Shown one piece after another: positions 1 through 10,068 of a stretch of DNA of 64,000 nt; position 1 is the stretch's first letter, and every line of letters begins with the position of its first letter. Made by a program: the position numbers and the translations under genes. Source of the DNA: a bacterium (GTDB lineage Bacteria > Patescibacteriota > Minisyncoccia > Phycocordibacterales > Phycocordibacteraceae); assembly GCA_037200965.1 (NCBI GenBank), contig JBBCGK010000001.1:640001-704000 (forward strand), written 5' to 3'. The notes under the pieces were generated by a model. That model did not search any database. It was not told the origin of the DNA and saw only the letters and a list, made by a program, of their open reading frames with translations.

Positions 1-202
1 GAACAAATCTTCGAATCCGACCAGGGTGATTTTCTCAGCGAGCGGCTTCGTCGTGCGGTTGCTGCCGCAATTGAGGCTTAATTTCAGCCTGTCCCTTCTT
101 GAGAACCCACGTTCTTCTGCTGCTATGCGGTGGAGAACGGAGGGTTCTTCTTTTCGTTTTGGGTTCCGACAGCGCCTGCAGGCTCGCTGAGCTTTACTGG
201 TT

Positions 203-559
203 CTACAAACGCGCCCGAATCCTCTCCGCATTCCCCTCGAAATCCATTTTGTCCCCTTCCGCTTGGCCCGGGAATATCCAGACATGGGCATGCGCCACTT
301 CCTCGCCGACGCTCTTCGAGATAATCCAATCGGTATTGAAAGCCTTTTGCTGCGCTCTCGCGACTTTCCGGACAACTTCGAAATAGCGGCCGATGTCGGG
401 AACGTCCCATATCCAGCGGTAGTGCTGTTTCGGTATGACCTGCACGTGGCCTGGCGTTTCCGGATGGATATCGATAAACGCGAGGAAGAAATCGTCCTCA
501 TATACCTTGTATGAAGGAATCTCGCCCCGGACGAGCTTGCAGAACACGCAGTCTTCCAT
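203..559 (-). CDS. HIT-family (histidine triad) nucleotide hydrolase
   Basis: N-terminus MEDCVFCKLVRGEIPS and the histidine-triad motif HAHVWIFP within the 203..733 ORF; start trimmed to the internal ATG at 559. Confidence 0.7.
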   Translation of the reverse strand: MEDCVFCKLVRGEIPSYKVYEDDFFLAFIDIHPETPGHVQVIPKQHYRWIWDVPDIGRYFEVVRKVARAQQKAFNTDWIISKSVGEEVAHAHVWIFPGQAEGDKMDFEGNAERIRARL

Positions 560-605
560 GAAGGAAATATAGCGCACGGAGGAATTCTGGTACAATCCAC
601 CAACG

Positions 606-2336
606 ATGTTTCCGCTCCATGGTCCTTTGGACGAACGAATACGGGAAATACTCTCCGAGTATGACGACCTGACCGCCGCGCTGCTCTCGCGCAGGGGCAT
701 TACGACCAAGAAAGAGGCCGAAACCTTCCTCAACCCGAGCTATGAGGAGCATCTCCACGATCCGCTCCTTATAAAGAACATGCCGGGGGCGGCGAAGATG
801 CTTGCGGAAGCGATTGCCTCGGGCGAGCGCATCTGCGTATGGAGCGATTATGACTGCGACGGCATTCCGGGCGGCGTCCTTCTCCATGATTTCCTCAAGA
901 AAGCGGGCGCGAACTTCGAGAACTATATCCCGCACCGGCATGACGAAGGATACGGGCTCAATATTCCGGGGCTCGAGAAGCTTGCGGGGAGCGGCGTGAA
1001 GCTCGTCGTGACGGTCGATTCCGGCATCACGGATGTCGAACAGGTCGCGCGCGCGAAAGAGCTCGGCATGAAAGTCATCGTGACCGACCACCACCTGCCG
1101 GGCCCCGCGCTTCCTCCGGCTGATTTCGTTATCGACCAGAAGCAGGAAGGAGAAACGTCGCCGTACCAGGAACTGTGCGGCGCGGGAGTCGCGTGGAAAC
1201 TCGCCTGCGCGACGCTTGCGGTCGCTCCCGGGCTTCGGGAGAAGATTCCTGTCGGCTGGGAGAAGTGGCTTCTCGATATGGCGGGGCTCGCGACGATCGC
1301 CGACATGGTTCCGCTTACGGGCGAGAACCGGGTTATCGCGAAATACGGACTCCTGGTCATGCGAAAATCGCCGCGCATTGGCCTGCAAAGACTTTGCCGC
1401 GTCGCCCGCGTCGAGCAGCGCTCGATCACCGAAGGCGATGTGGCGTTCATGCTCGCGCCGAGGATAAACGCGGCGTCGAGAATGCTCGATCCGCGCGACG
1501 CGTTCGACCTTCTCACGACAAGCGATGAGATAGAGGCGGACGAGCTCGCGAAGAAGCTCGAGAAAGCGAACCGGGCACGTCGCGCGTCCGCCGGAGCGAT
1601 AACGCGGGAGGTGCACGACCGGATTGACGAGCGCCTTTCGGTGCCGGACGCCGAACTCCCTGCCGTGATCGCGATCGGGAATCCTTCGTGGCGCCCGGCC
1701 CTTCTGGGGCTCGTCGCAAGCGGCGTCGTCGAGGAGTACGCGCGCCCGGTATTTCTTTGGGGGAGGGAAGCGGACGGCCGCCTCAAGGGTTCGTGCCGCA
1801 CGGACGGGACGGTGAACGTGGTCGAGCTCATGGAAGCCGCGAAGGATACCTTCGTCGAATTCGGCGGCCATGCCGCGTCCGGCGGATTCACCGTCCGCGA
1901 CGACGCGGTTTTTTATCTTGAGGAACGCCTTTCGGAAGCGAAATCGAAACTGAAGTCCGCGGAAAGTGCCGACGCGTTCTCGCACGCGGACGCCGAGATC
2001 GCTCCGCATGAAGTCACGGCAGCCCTTCTGTCGAAATTAGAGAAGCTCGCGCCCTTCGGAGAGGGAAACCCAAAACCGCTCTTCCATTTCCGCGACGTGC
2101 TCCTTGACGAAGCGTCGCGCTTCGGGAAAGGAGAGGAGCACCTGCGCCTCCTTATCATGAGCGACGGCTTCAAGCCGCTCGAAGCGATCTGTTTCTTCGC
2201 GAAGCGCGAACTTGGGGCGAAGTGCTTCGAGTTTTCGGAAGGGGACCGCGTGCATGTGCTCGCGCATCTCGAGCGAAATCAGTTTTCGAAATACGGTTCC
2301 GTGCGGCTGCGGTTGGTTGACGTAAAGAGGGTTTAA
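606..2336 (+). CDS. recJ: single-stranded-DNA-specific exonuclease RecJ
   Basis: DHH motifs (DYDCDGI, VTVDSGI, VTDHH), DHHA1-like middle region, 576 aa. Confidence 0.85.
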   Translation: MFPLHGPLDERIREILSEYDDLTAALLSRRGITTKKEAETFLNPSYEEHLHDPLLIKNMPGAAKMLAEAIASGERICVWSDYDCDGIPGGVLLHDFLKKAGANFENYIPHRHDEGYGLNIPGLEKLAGSGVKLVVTVDSGITDVEQVARAKELGMKVIVTDHHLPGPALPPADFVIDQKQEGETSPYQELCGAGVAWKLACATLAVAPGLREKIPVGWEKWLLDMAGLATIADMVPLTGENRVIAKYGLLVMRKSPRIGLQRLCRVARVEQRSITEGDVAFMLAPRINAASRMLDPRDAFDLLTTSDEIEADELAKKLEKANRARRASAGAITREVHDRIDERLSVPDAELPAVIAIGNPSWRPALLGLVASGVVEEYARPVFLWGREADGRLKGSCRTDGTVNVVELMEAAKDTFVEFGGHAASGGFTVRDDAVFYLEERLSEAKSKLKSAESADAFSHADAEIAPHEVTAALLSKLEKLAPFGEGNPKPLFHFRDVLLDEASRFGKGEEHLRLLIMSDGFKPLEAICFFAKRELGAKCFEFSEGDRVHVLAHLERNQFSKYGSVRLRLVDVKRV

Positions 2337-2379
2337 TGATTATATATAAATATCCCCTACAGTAACGGAGGAATGAGGG

Positions 2380-2763
2380 ATGAGTGCAGGAACCAATGAA
2401 CATTTGCTGATCATCAGACAGTACCCGGGGCTTGCGAGCCTGATCAATGACATCAAGAATCCCGCGAAAGGACGTGCGCCGCTTCAGTTCGAAGGCATTA
2501 AACCCGGAGAGAAGCGTATCCAGACTTATCCGCCCCATGTGCTGCGGCTGCTCCAACTTGCGGCCGCGACAAAACAGGCGGCGGATCGCGATCCGCCGCA
2601 AACAATGGCGGCCCGGCTGCACATTGAAAGTGACATCCACTTTTATCTGGCGTGGGCCGAAAAAGAAATGTTGTGGTACGTCGGCGATGAAGTCTTAAAT
2701 CGCTGGTGTTCTCCCAGATTCCACGACAACGGCCTGGTTGGAGTACCAGTGGCCAAATCATAA
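2380..2763 (+). CDS. hypothetical protein
   Basis: 127 aa ORF with strong RBS GGAGGAAT upstream; no recognisable motifs. Confidence 0.4.
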   Translation: MSAGTNEHLLIIRQYPGLASLINDIKNPAKGRAPLQFEGIKPGEKRIQTYPPHVLRLLQLAAATKQAADRDPPQTMAARLHIESDIHFYLAWAEKEMLWYVGDEVLNRWCSPRFHDNGLVGVPVAKS

Positions 2764-2866
2764 ACAAAATAGCTCCTCCGGATGCGGGTGTTTTCAAGGG
2801 AAGTTTCTATGGGTCGGGAGCCAAACGGTTTCCGGCTCTTACCTTTTATATTGCTATACTCGTCTC

Positions 2867-3286
2867 ATGCGGTTCACTATCCACGCCGACGGCGGCTCGA
2901 GAGGAAATCCGGGTCCGGCCGGTGCCGGAGCGGTCATCCGCGATGAAGGCGGGTCTACCGTCGCGGTCGTTTCGAAGTTCCTGGGGGTGCAGACCAACAA
3001 CTTCGCCGAGTACGAAGCGGTCATAGCGGCGCTCGACGTACTGCTTTCACGCGTCCCGGAAGAAGAACGCAGGGGCGTGCGGGTACTGATAAAAATGGAC
3101 AGCCAGCTCGTGGTGAAACAAATGCGGGGCGAATACAAAGTGAAGCATCCCAATATCAAGCCGCAGTATGCCCGCCTTTCGGAGCGGGCGGCCAAATTCG
3201 GGTCCGTGACGTTCACGCACGTATATCGGGAAGAGAATGGCGACGCGGACGCGCTCGCGAACGAGGCGATGGATAGGGGTGCTTGA
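2867..3286 (+). CDS. rnhA: ribonuclease HI-like
   Basis: IHADGGSRGNPGPAG, NNFAEYEAVIAAL, MDSQLVV motifs typical of RNase H; start moved to ATG at 2867. Confidence 0.75.
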   Translation: MRFTIHADGGSRGNPGPAGAGAVIRDEGGSTVAVVSKFLGVQTNNFAEYEAVIAALDVLLSRVPEEERRGVRVLIKMDSQLVVKQMRGEYKVKHPNIKPQYARLSERAAKFGSVTFTHVYREENGDADALANEAMDRGA

Positions 3287-3337
3287 TCGGTATATCAAAA
3301 TATAAATATTTGATATGCGTCCGGCTACGATCCGGAT

Positions 3338-4831
3338 GTGATCATTCTTCTTGTCGTATCGGGCGGACTTGCAGGCGGCATATTTCTCCGGTCGTTCGCT
3401 GTGTTTGGCTGGCCCCCGTATGTCTTCGCGCTCCTGCTTGCGCTTATCGGAGCGGCCGCTTGGCGGGTAGCGGGCCGGAAGGAGTATCTTCTGTTCGTTC
3501 TGTTTCTTGCGTGCGCCGTACTGGGAGCGTGGCGGTTCTCGATCGCCGAAAAGCCGCTGCCTCCTTCGTTCCTCGCTCAGGTCGGACAGCGCGTACAGTT
3601 TGAAGGCATTGTTGCGTCCGATCCGGACGTGCGCGAAGCGAACCAGCGCGTGATAATCGACGTAGAGCAGGGCGGGGAGAAGACGCGGGTGCTCGCGGTC
3701 GCGAGCCGCTACAGCAAAGTCGGCGTCGGAGACAAGGTGGAAGTATCCGGAACGCTCGCGCTTCCCGAACCGTTCAGTACCGATACTGACGGCGGCCGCA
3801 TGTTCCGGTACGACAAGTTTCTCGAGAAAGACGGGATCAGGTTCCTTTCGGATTTCGCCTCGGTTGCTGTCATAGACCCGGCACCGTGGTACCACCCGTC
3901 CGCGCTTCTCGCGAACACCAAGCACGCCTTCATTGATGGACTTGGCCGGGCGATACCCGAACCGTATGCGACGCTCGCGGCCGGTCTTATCGTCGGCGGA
4001 AAACAGGGCCTTGGGAAAGAGCTGCTCGAAGCCTTCATTCTTTCCGGTCTCGTGCCGATCGTCGTGCTTTCCGGATACAACGTGATGATCGTGGCCGAAG
4101 GAATCATGCGCGCCTTGAAAACGATGCGAGTGCCGTCCCGCGCGTCCGCAATTGCGGGAGCTGTCGCGGTTTTATTGTTCGTACTTATGGCCGGCGCCGG
4201 TTCCGCGAGCATCCGCGCGGGACTCATGGCGCTCATCGCGCTCTATGCCCGGGCTACGGGCCGGTCATACGCGGCGGGGCGCGCACTAATCGTTGTCGCG
4301 ATCCTTATGGTTCTATGGAATCCGTATCTTCTCGCGTTCGACCCTGGCTTCGGGCTTTCGATCGCCGCGACCGCAGGGCTTATCTGGCTCTCGCCGCTGA
4401 TCGAGCTTCGGCTTATATGGATTGCGAGTGATTTCTGTCGAAGCATGCTCGCGACGACGCTCGCCGCGCAGGCCGCGGTCTTGCCACTCCTCCTCTATGA
4501 AACGGGAATGCTCTCGCTTGTCGCGATTCCGGCGAATCTTGTCGTGCTGCCGATGATTCCCCTAGCGATGGCCGCCTCCGCGGTCGCAGCCGTTTCCGGC
4601 ATGTTTCTTGGCGTCTTGGCACCGGTCTTCGCGTTTCCCGCGTATCTTCTGAATGCTTATATCGTCGAGGTCGCACGGTTCTCTTCCGGGCTTCCTTTGG
4701 CCGCGCTCCATATTCCACCGTTTCCTCTCTGGCTTATGGTACTTGCGTATGCCGTTCTGATTTTGTTCGCCCGGTACATATGCAAAGCCCCCGTGGGCGT
4801 GTACGCCCGCGGAGCCTTATCCGCTCCTTGA
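3338..4831 (+). CDS. comEC: ComEC/Rec2-like competence membrane protein (N-terminal DUF4131 plus competence TM region; lacks MBL domain)
   Basis: typical ComEC N-terminal TM topology and DUF4131-like segment; GTG start. Confidence 0.65.
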   Translation: MIILLVVSGGLAGGIFLRSFAVFGWPPYVFALLLALIGAAAWRVAGRKEYLLFVLFLACAVLGAWRFSIAEKPLPPSFLAQVGQRVQFEGIVASDPDVREANQRVIIDVEQGGEKTRVLAVASRYSKVGVGDKVEVSGTLALPEPFSTDTDGGRMFRYDKFLEKDGIRFLSDFASVAVIDPAPWYHPSALLANTKHAFIDGLGRAIPEPYATLAAGLIVGGKQGLGKELLEAFILSGLVPIVVLSGYNVMIVAEGIMRALKTMRVPSRASAIAGAVAVLLFVLMAGAGSASIRAGLMALIALYARATGRSYAAGRALIVVAILMVLWNPYLLAFDPGFGLSIAATAGLIWLSPLIELRLIWIASDFCRSMLATTLAAQAAVLPLLLYETGMLSLVAIPANLVVLPMIPLAMAASAVAAVSGMFLGVLAPVFAFPAYLLNAYIVEVARFSSGLPLAALHIPPFPLWLMVLAYAVLILFARYICKAPVGVYARGALSAP

Positions 4832-4836
4832 TTTTG

Positions 4837-5430
4837 TCACCGCGCCGCGTCCGTAAAGCGCTTCTCGATAACCGCCCAGTTGAGATTTTCGAAAAAGGCG
4901 TCGATGTAGCTTTTCTTTTCCGCCGGAACATAGTCCACCATATACGCGTGTTCCCAGAGGTCGAGCGCGACGATGACCGGAAGCCCCGACAACTGACCGA
5001 GCTCGTGGTCGCCGACGAAGGTCGTATGGAGCTTCTTTGCGGCGGGATCGAAATACACGACGACCCAGCCGATGCCGCGCGTGGCGGCGACCGCTTTCAT
5101 GGTTCCGGCGATTCCGGCTTCCCCGTACTGCTCGAGCGCGAGTTTCGAGAGCGCGCTCCCTTCGTCCGGGGCGCATGGCTTTTCTTCGAACTGGCTGAAA
5201 TAGTATTCGTGCATGCGCATGCCGTCGAACTCGAACGCGAAGCGGCGGCGCATCTCCGCTACGGCGTACTTGCCGCCTTCATCGTCCGTCTTCTGGTATG
5301 CGGCGATCATGTCCGTGATCAGATTCGCATGCTTTACATACCCCTCGTACAAGGCGAGGTGTACCTTGACCTGCTTTTCCGATATTCCCTTAAGCGCCGG
5401 AAGATCGAATTGTTTTGCGGTGTATGGCAT
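4837..5430 (-). CDS. sodA: Fe/Mn superoxide dismutase
   Basis: LPALKGISEKQVKVH, DLWEHAYMVDY Fe/Mn-SOD signature; start at ATG 5430. Confidence 0.85.
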   Translation of the reverse strand: MPYTAKQFDLPALKGISEKQVKVHLALYEGYVKHANLITDMIAAYQKTDDEGGKYAVAEMRRRFAFEFDGMRMHEYYFSQFEEKPCAPDEGSALSKLALEQYGEAGIAGTMKAVAATRGIGWVVVYFDPAAKKLHTTFVGDHELGQLSGLPVIVALDLWEHAYMVDYVPAEKKSYIDAFFENLNWAVIEKRFTDAAR

Positions 5431-5539
5431 ATGGGGAGAGTCTAGCACGGAGGGCTGCTAAATATTTGGTGAAAGAAGGACCTTGCGCAGGATACCGATT
5501 GTGGGAGAATGAGGCACAAGCTAAAGATACCTATAACCT

Positions 5540-5734
5540 ATGGAAACTATGCCAAATCAGGGGTCTCGAGATGAGAAGTTGACCGCCGAAGACGAAGCTG
5601 TCGCCAAGAAACTCCTCGCAGAAAGCGAGGCCGATATCCATCAGCGCGCGCTTGAAGCCGTGGAGTCAAATGCAAAGCTCGCCTATGACCGGGAAACGGG
5701 CACGATAATTAATCCCGAGGCTAAGCTCGGATAA
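5540..5734 (+). CDS. small hypothetical protein (64 aa)
   Basis: ORF followed by hairpin terminator. Confidence 0.3.
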   Translation: METMPNQGSRDEKLTAEDEAVAKKLLAESEADIHQRALEAVESNAKLAYDRETGTIINPEAKLG

Positions 5735-5755
5735 TTTGCACTTGCGGTAAATTGT

Positions 5756-5790
5756 AAAGGGCACCACAGCGGGTGCCCTTTGCCTTTTCT
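5756..5790. terminator. hairpin (GGGCACC-ACAGC-GGTGCCC) plus T-rich tail, possibly bidirectional
   Basis: perfect 7-bp GC stem followed by TTTGCCTTTTCT. Confidence 0.5.
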
Positions 5791-5805
5791 GAGGAGGCGT
5801 TGTGT

Positions 5806-6024
5806 TCAATGCAACGTCGGCGTTTCGCTGTGCGACAGGGCTTCGAGATGATTTTCACGAGCGCCGTCCCTCATGGCGCGAAGCATGGTGGCCATTTTCC
5901 CCGTGTTAAGGCCGCAGTACGCAGAAAGCTTTGCAAACGTCTGCGGCCCGGGGTAATAATCTCGGAGAATTTCCTCGAGTTGCCGATCCTGGGCGGCAAG
6001 CTTTTCGTTTTGTGCCGTATCCAT
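5806..6024 (-). CDS. small hypothetical protein (72 aa)
   Basis: ORF only. Confidence 0.25.
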   Translation of the reverse strand: MDTAQNEKLAAQDRQLEEILRDYYPGPQTFAKLSAYCGLNTGKMATMLRAMRDGARENHLEALSHSETPTLH

Positions 6025-6115
6025 GAGCTACCCTTCCCATTCATTAACCCGAGTTACCATACCACAGTATGATTAGAAGCGCAGGTTTTCCGCTTTATAA
6101 CCCTATACTGAGCGT

Positions 6116-6973
6116 ATGTCGGATGGTACCAAGTATTTTGTATGGCTGCTGGCCTCCCTTGCGGCTGCTAACGCGTTTCTCGCGTATTCGGCCCTTCGGA
6201 CGCTTCCGTCCGTTCTCACAATTTCATTCCTCAGTGTCGGCGCGGGAGAAGCGATCCTTGTACAAAGTCCCGCGGGAGCCGACATTCTCATCGATGCCGG
6301 GCCGGACGCGTCAATACTTCGCGCGCTCGGAACCGAGCTCGGCCCTTTTGATCGGACGATCGACGCGATACTCGTGACGCACGGAAGCGCCAGCGCGATA
6401 GGCGGTCTTTCCGATGTCTTCAATGACTATCAAGTCCGCTCGTTCTTCTCTTCGGGGGTGAATTATCATTCTTTCGCCGAGGAGGTGTTACGGGATGCAC
6501 TGAAACATGAGCAAGGATTGCAAACCGTCACGCTTGCGCGCGGCGAGCGTATCGATATCGGAGGAGGCGCCTATATCGACGTGCTCTATCCCGACCGGGA
6601 CGTATCGGGAGTCGATAGCGACACCGCCTCGCTTGTACTGCGTATCGTATACGGTGAAACGTCGTTTCTTATCACCGGTGCCGCCCCGTCGGGCGTCGAA
6701 GAATATCTGGTACGGCTCGATGGTGCGCGCCTTAAAAGCGGTGTGCTTCTTGCGGGGGACAGCGGCAAGAAAACCTCGACTTCGGCTACTTTTCTTTCGG
6801 CGGTGCATCCCGATACGGTCGTGATCTCGGTGGATACAGGCAACCGGTTCGGATATCCTCATCAGGAAACGCTCGACCGCATTGTTACGGAGGGCGCAGC
6901 CATAGCGCGGACGGGAGACGGCTCCGTGCGGTTCGTAAGCGACGGGAATACCGTACGGCTTGAAAGCCGATAG
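6116..6973 (+). CDS. ComEC C-terminal-type metallo-beta-lactamase domain protein (degenerate THxSAS motif), N-terminal signal/TM
   Basis: ILVQSPAGADILIDAG, ILVTHGSASAIGGL, MBL fold typical of ComEC C-domain encoded as separate gene. Confidence 0.6.
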   Translation: MSDGTKYFVWLLASLAAANAFLAYSALRTLPSVLTISFLSVGAGEAILVQSPAGADILIDAGPDASILRALGTELGPFDRTIDAILVTHGSASAIGGLSDVFNDYQVRSFFSSGVNYHSFAEEVLRDALKHEQGLQTVTLARGERIDIGGGAYIDVLYPDRDVSGVDSDTASLVLRIVYGETSFLITGAAPSGVEEYLVRLDGARLKSGVLLAGDSGKKTSTSATFLSAVHPDTVVISVDTGNRFGYPHQETLDRIVTEGAAIARTGDGSVRFVSDGNTVRLESR

Positions 6974-7944
6974 GTACTTAATATCGCACTAACATATCGA
7001 ACACTCTTGCAGTCGAGCATACGGCGTCTTGAGCTCGATGCCAAGGTGCGGCCGTTCGTGGTTGTATTCGCGCAGAAAGGCCTGATACTGGGCATTGAGG
7101 TCCTCCATTGAAGCGGGCTTTTTCATGAAGCGCCAGAAGAACTCCTCCTCGTCGGTGCGGAATGACCGCTCGATGACCGCGTTCTCATTCGGGTTCGCCT
7201 TGTGGATGAAATGATGCTTCCAGCCGAGTTCCCCAGTCACGAAGGCGCGGAAGCGGCTCTGGAACTCAAGGCCGTTGTCGGTCTGCACGAAATCCGGTAC
7301 GAACGGCAGCGAAACCGTCCGCAGGGCCTCGATGGAGAAGTCCTGCACGAGCTCGGGGAAGATGACGCCAGCTTTGTATCGGCTCCAAATATCAATGACG
7401 GCATACAGATACAGGGTATGCGGGAGCCCCGACAGCTCGGGCGTCACGTACTTCACATCCATCTGAAGCTTCCCGGGCGCGGTCACGTTCTTGAGATACA
7501 TATGCGTGGTCTCCTGATATCTCGGCCGTCGGTATGACGCGCCTTCCAGTATATGACCTTTCGCTTTGAGGAAGCGATGGATGGTCGCCGGGTGCTCGGA
7601 GAGGCCGAGCAGCACTTTGAGCTTGCGCGCCCCGTATCCTTTCTCTTCGCGCAGGCGCAAGAGCGCCTCAGCCCGCTCTCCCGAGAGCGTCCTGCGGCGA
7701 AGACGCTTCGGTCTTGTCGACTTGCGGACAAGCTGCCGCGTCGAGAGCGCAAACCGGCTCCGGATGCTCCGGGCTCGCTTCTTCCAGAACACCACCGTGC
7801 CCGGAGATATGCCGAGTGTCCGTGCGGTTTCGCGCACCTTTCCTCCCGACTTCTTCAATTTCCTGATGATTTCCCTGGGTTCTTTGCGCATATCCTCCTT
7901 AGTATTAGGGAGTGTTCGATATGCAGTGCGACCTTAAGTAGGTA
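6973..7944 (-). mobile_element. IS481-family insertion sequence (~970 bp) with ~34-bp imperfect terminal inverted repeats
   Basis: left end GGTACTTAATATCGCACTAACATATCGAACACTC (6973-7006) vs right end GAGTGTTCGATATGCAGTGCGACCTTAAGTAGGT (7910-7943); single DDE transposase inside. Confidence 0.75.
6989..7891 (-). CDS. IS481-family DDE (rve) transposase
   Basis: N-terminal HTH, integrase core with DNG..E (TDNGLEF), C-term ERPHLGIELKTPYARL; stop lies in terminal IR. Confidence 0.85.
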   Translation of the reverse strand: MRKEPREIIRKLKKSGGKVRETARTLGISPGTVVFWKKRARSIRSRFALSTRQLVRKSTRPKRLRRRTLSGERAEALLRLREEKGYGARKLKVLLGLSEHPATIHRFLKAKGHILEGASYRRPRYQETTHMYLKNVTAPGKLQMDVKYVTPELSGLPHTLYLYAVIDIWSRYKAGVIFPELVQDFSIEALRTVSLPFVPDFVQTDNGLEFQSRFRAFVTGELGWKHHFIHKANPNENAVIERSFRTDEEEFFWRFMKKPASMEDLNAQYQAFLREYNHERPHLGIELKTPYARLQECSIC

Positions 7945-8027
7945 TTGCTTTCTTGCTACTATATGCTATAGTGATCCCGGTTCCCGAAAGGGATTTGGCT
8001 GTGTTTTTACAGAAGGAGTACTTTTAA

Positions 8028-8446
8028 TGGCTAGAAGAAGAGCAGGGGAAATCGATGCTTTTATCGGCTCGTGCATTCGAAGCCTGCGCAAACGTGCCGG
8101 GGTTGGTCAGGCAGCGCTTGCCAGACACCTTCATCTGCGCGCCCAACAGCTCCAAAAGTATGAAGCTGGTGCGGACCGTGTAACCGTACAAGTGCTGCTT
8201 GAGATCGCCGCCGCCATCGGCGTCGCTCCCGGGCTTCTCATCCAGGAGATACAAACCGCGACACCGCTCAGTGTTTCCAAGCTCGAAAGCGAATCCGCGA
8301 TCCTGGACTTCGTCATGACGGTCGAGGGACGCGATCTCGTAGCCGCGTTTATGCGCATCGGGAACCCGCAGATGCGTAGGCAATTGATTGGCCTCATCGG
8401 GACGATAGCTGGCGAGGCTGAAATCGCCAAACCGAAATCGTCTTAA
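8028..8446 (+). CDS. XRE-family helix-turn-helix transcriptional regulator
   Basis: HTH segment QAALARHLHLRAQQLQKYEAG; RBS AAGGAG upstream; the track ORF 7553..8446 includes non-coding upstream sequence. Confidence 0.6.
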
Positions 8447-8543
8447 GGTTACGGCTCCCGACTCTCCGGATGTTGGGGAGTCGGGAGCTGCCCTACAGTC
8501 AAATCCGCCTCAAGGGCGGATTACTTATTTCCAGGAATTTGAG

Positions 8544-8786
8544 TTAAATCAGGCCCGCTTTCTTAAGCGTCGCGTGCGCGCCGTTCTTCTTGATATGCCG
8601 GAGTCCGTTGATGGAAATGTCTACTTTCACGGTCTTGCCGAGCTCGGGAACGAAGATAGCGCGGCGCTGGAGATTGGCCTTGCGACGAACCTTGCCGGTC
8701 GAGTTGAACTGCGTCGCGCGGGTACGGTTCGAATACCGCCCGCCTACTTGCGTGCTCTTGCCGGTGATTTCGCAGCTCCGTGCCAT
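8544..8786 (-). CDS. rpmB: 50S ribosomal protein L28
   Basis: MARSCEITGKSTQVGGRYSNRTRATQ...; start at internal ATG of the 8544..8879 ORF. Confidence 0.75.
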   Translation of the reverse strand: MARSCEITGKSTQVGGRYSNRTRATQFNSTGKVRRKANLQRRAIFVPELGKTVKVDISINGLRHIKKNGAHATLKKAGLI

Positions 8787-8817
8787 AGTGAACGCATGGT
8801 AGCATAGGTATTCATCT

Positions 8818-9462
8818 ATGCAACCGAGCTTCTTCGAGCCTGTCTTTACGGTCGTCGTGCTTATCCTCTCAGTCGTCATCCACGAGGTATCGCACGGCTA
8901 TGCGGCCTATTCGCTCGGCGATCCGACCGCGAAGCTCCAGGGCCGTCTCACGCTGAATCCCCTCAAGCACATCGATCCGGTCGGCTCGGTGCTCATTCCG
9001 ATGTTCCTCGTCCTTACGGGCGCGGGCGTTCTCTTCGGTTGGGCGAAGCCGGTTCCGTATAATCCGTACAACCTGAGAAACCAGCGGTGGGGCGAGGCGA
9101 TCGTCGCCGTCGCGGGCTCGGCGTCCAATATCGCGCTCGCGATAATTTTCGGACTCATCGCGCGTTTTGCGTTCCTCGACCCGTCGCTCGCATCGTTTGC
9201 GATGTTCGCGGGTACGGTGGCGTTCGTGAATCTTTTCCTCGGTCTTTTCAATCTGCTCCCGATTCCCCCCATGGATGGGTACACAGTATTGCGTGGCATC
9301 GTCCCCTACCGTCTCTCGTACGGCCTGCGCCAGTTCGAGGACCGCATCCATTCCCTCGGCTCGACCGGCATCTTCGGCATCCTTCTCATTTTCGTTCTCT
9401 TCCTCTCCGGTCCGTTTTATCTGTTCGTGTCGTTGGTGTTCGGGCTGTTGGTGGGGCAGTAA
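8818..9462 (+). CDS. M50 family (site-2 protease-like) membrane metalloprotease
   Basis: HExxH (IHEVSHG) in TM helix and NLLPIPPMDG motif. Confidence 0.75.
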   Translation: MQPSFFEPVFTVVVLILSVVIHEVSHGYAAYSLGDPTAKLQGRLTLNPLKHIDPVGSVLIPMFLVLTGAGVLFGWAKPVPYNPYNLRNQRWGEAIVAVAGSASNIALAIIFGLIARFAFLDPSLASFAMFAGTVAFVNLFLGLFNLLPIPPMDGYTVLRGIVPYRLSYGLRQFEDRIHSLGSTGIFGILLIFVLFLSGPFYLFVSLVFGLLVGQ

Positions 9463-9468
9463 AACGGC

Positions 9469-10062
9469 ATGGAGCTCAGTCTTCTGACTTTCCAGCATAT
9501 TTCAGGAGCGATAGCCGTCATTCTTGGCGCTGCGGGGTACGTCTTTTACGCGCAGGGCATTTATCAGGGCTCGGTCAAACCGCATTTTTTCTCCTGGTTT
9601 GTCTGGGGCATTTTGACCGCGACGGCATTCGCGGCCCAGGTGGTAAGCGGAGGAGGGGCTGGAACCTGGGTAACAGGCTTTACGGCGCTTGCATGCCTGT
9701 GCTTCGCTTTGGTCGGGTTGGGCGCATCGTCTCGCAGCCTGATTACGAAAAGCGACTGGATATTTTTTATCGCCGCGCTTCTCGCTATCCCCGTATGGTA
9801 TGTTACGGGCGATCCCCTCTGGTCGGTCATATTAATTACCGTCACTGATGCAGTCGCGTTCGTTCCGACGTTTCGCAAAGGATATATGCATCCAGAGACC
9901 GAAAGCGCGGCGACCTATGCTTTATCGGGCATCAAGTTTATTTTCGGTATTCTCGCCCTGCAGGCCTTTTCGGTTACGACCGTTTTGTATCCCGCATCTC
10001 TGATAGTCGCCAACGGAGTTTTCGTCCTAGTGCTTTTCTGGAGAAAGTTCCCTCACAAATGA
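9469..10062 (+). CDS. polytopic membrane protein, unknown function
   Basis: multiple hydrophobic helices; 7-bp gap to downstream SET gene. Confidence 0.45.
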   Translation: MELSLLTFQHISGAIAVILGAAGYVFYAQGIYQGSVKPHFFSWFVWGILTATAFAAQVVSGGGAGTWVTGFTALACLCFALVGLGASSRSLITKSDWIFFIAALLAIPVWYVTGDPLWSVILITVTDAVAFVPTFRKGYMHPETESAATYALSGIKFIFGILALQAFSVTTVLYPASLIVANGVFVLVLFWRKFPHK

Positions 10063-10068
10063 GTTTCT

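Noticed and set aside
7553-8446. 297-aa ORF upstream of the XRE regulator
   Set aside because: The N-terminal 158 codons cover the IS481 end and intergenic DNA with no RBS. The real gene starts at ATG 8028 with an AAGGAG RBS.
9087-9848. 253-aa ORF overlapping the M50 protease and downstream membrane protein in another frame
   Set aside because: It is Arg/Gly-rich, overlaps two better-supported same-strand genes and has no start context.
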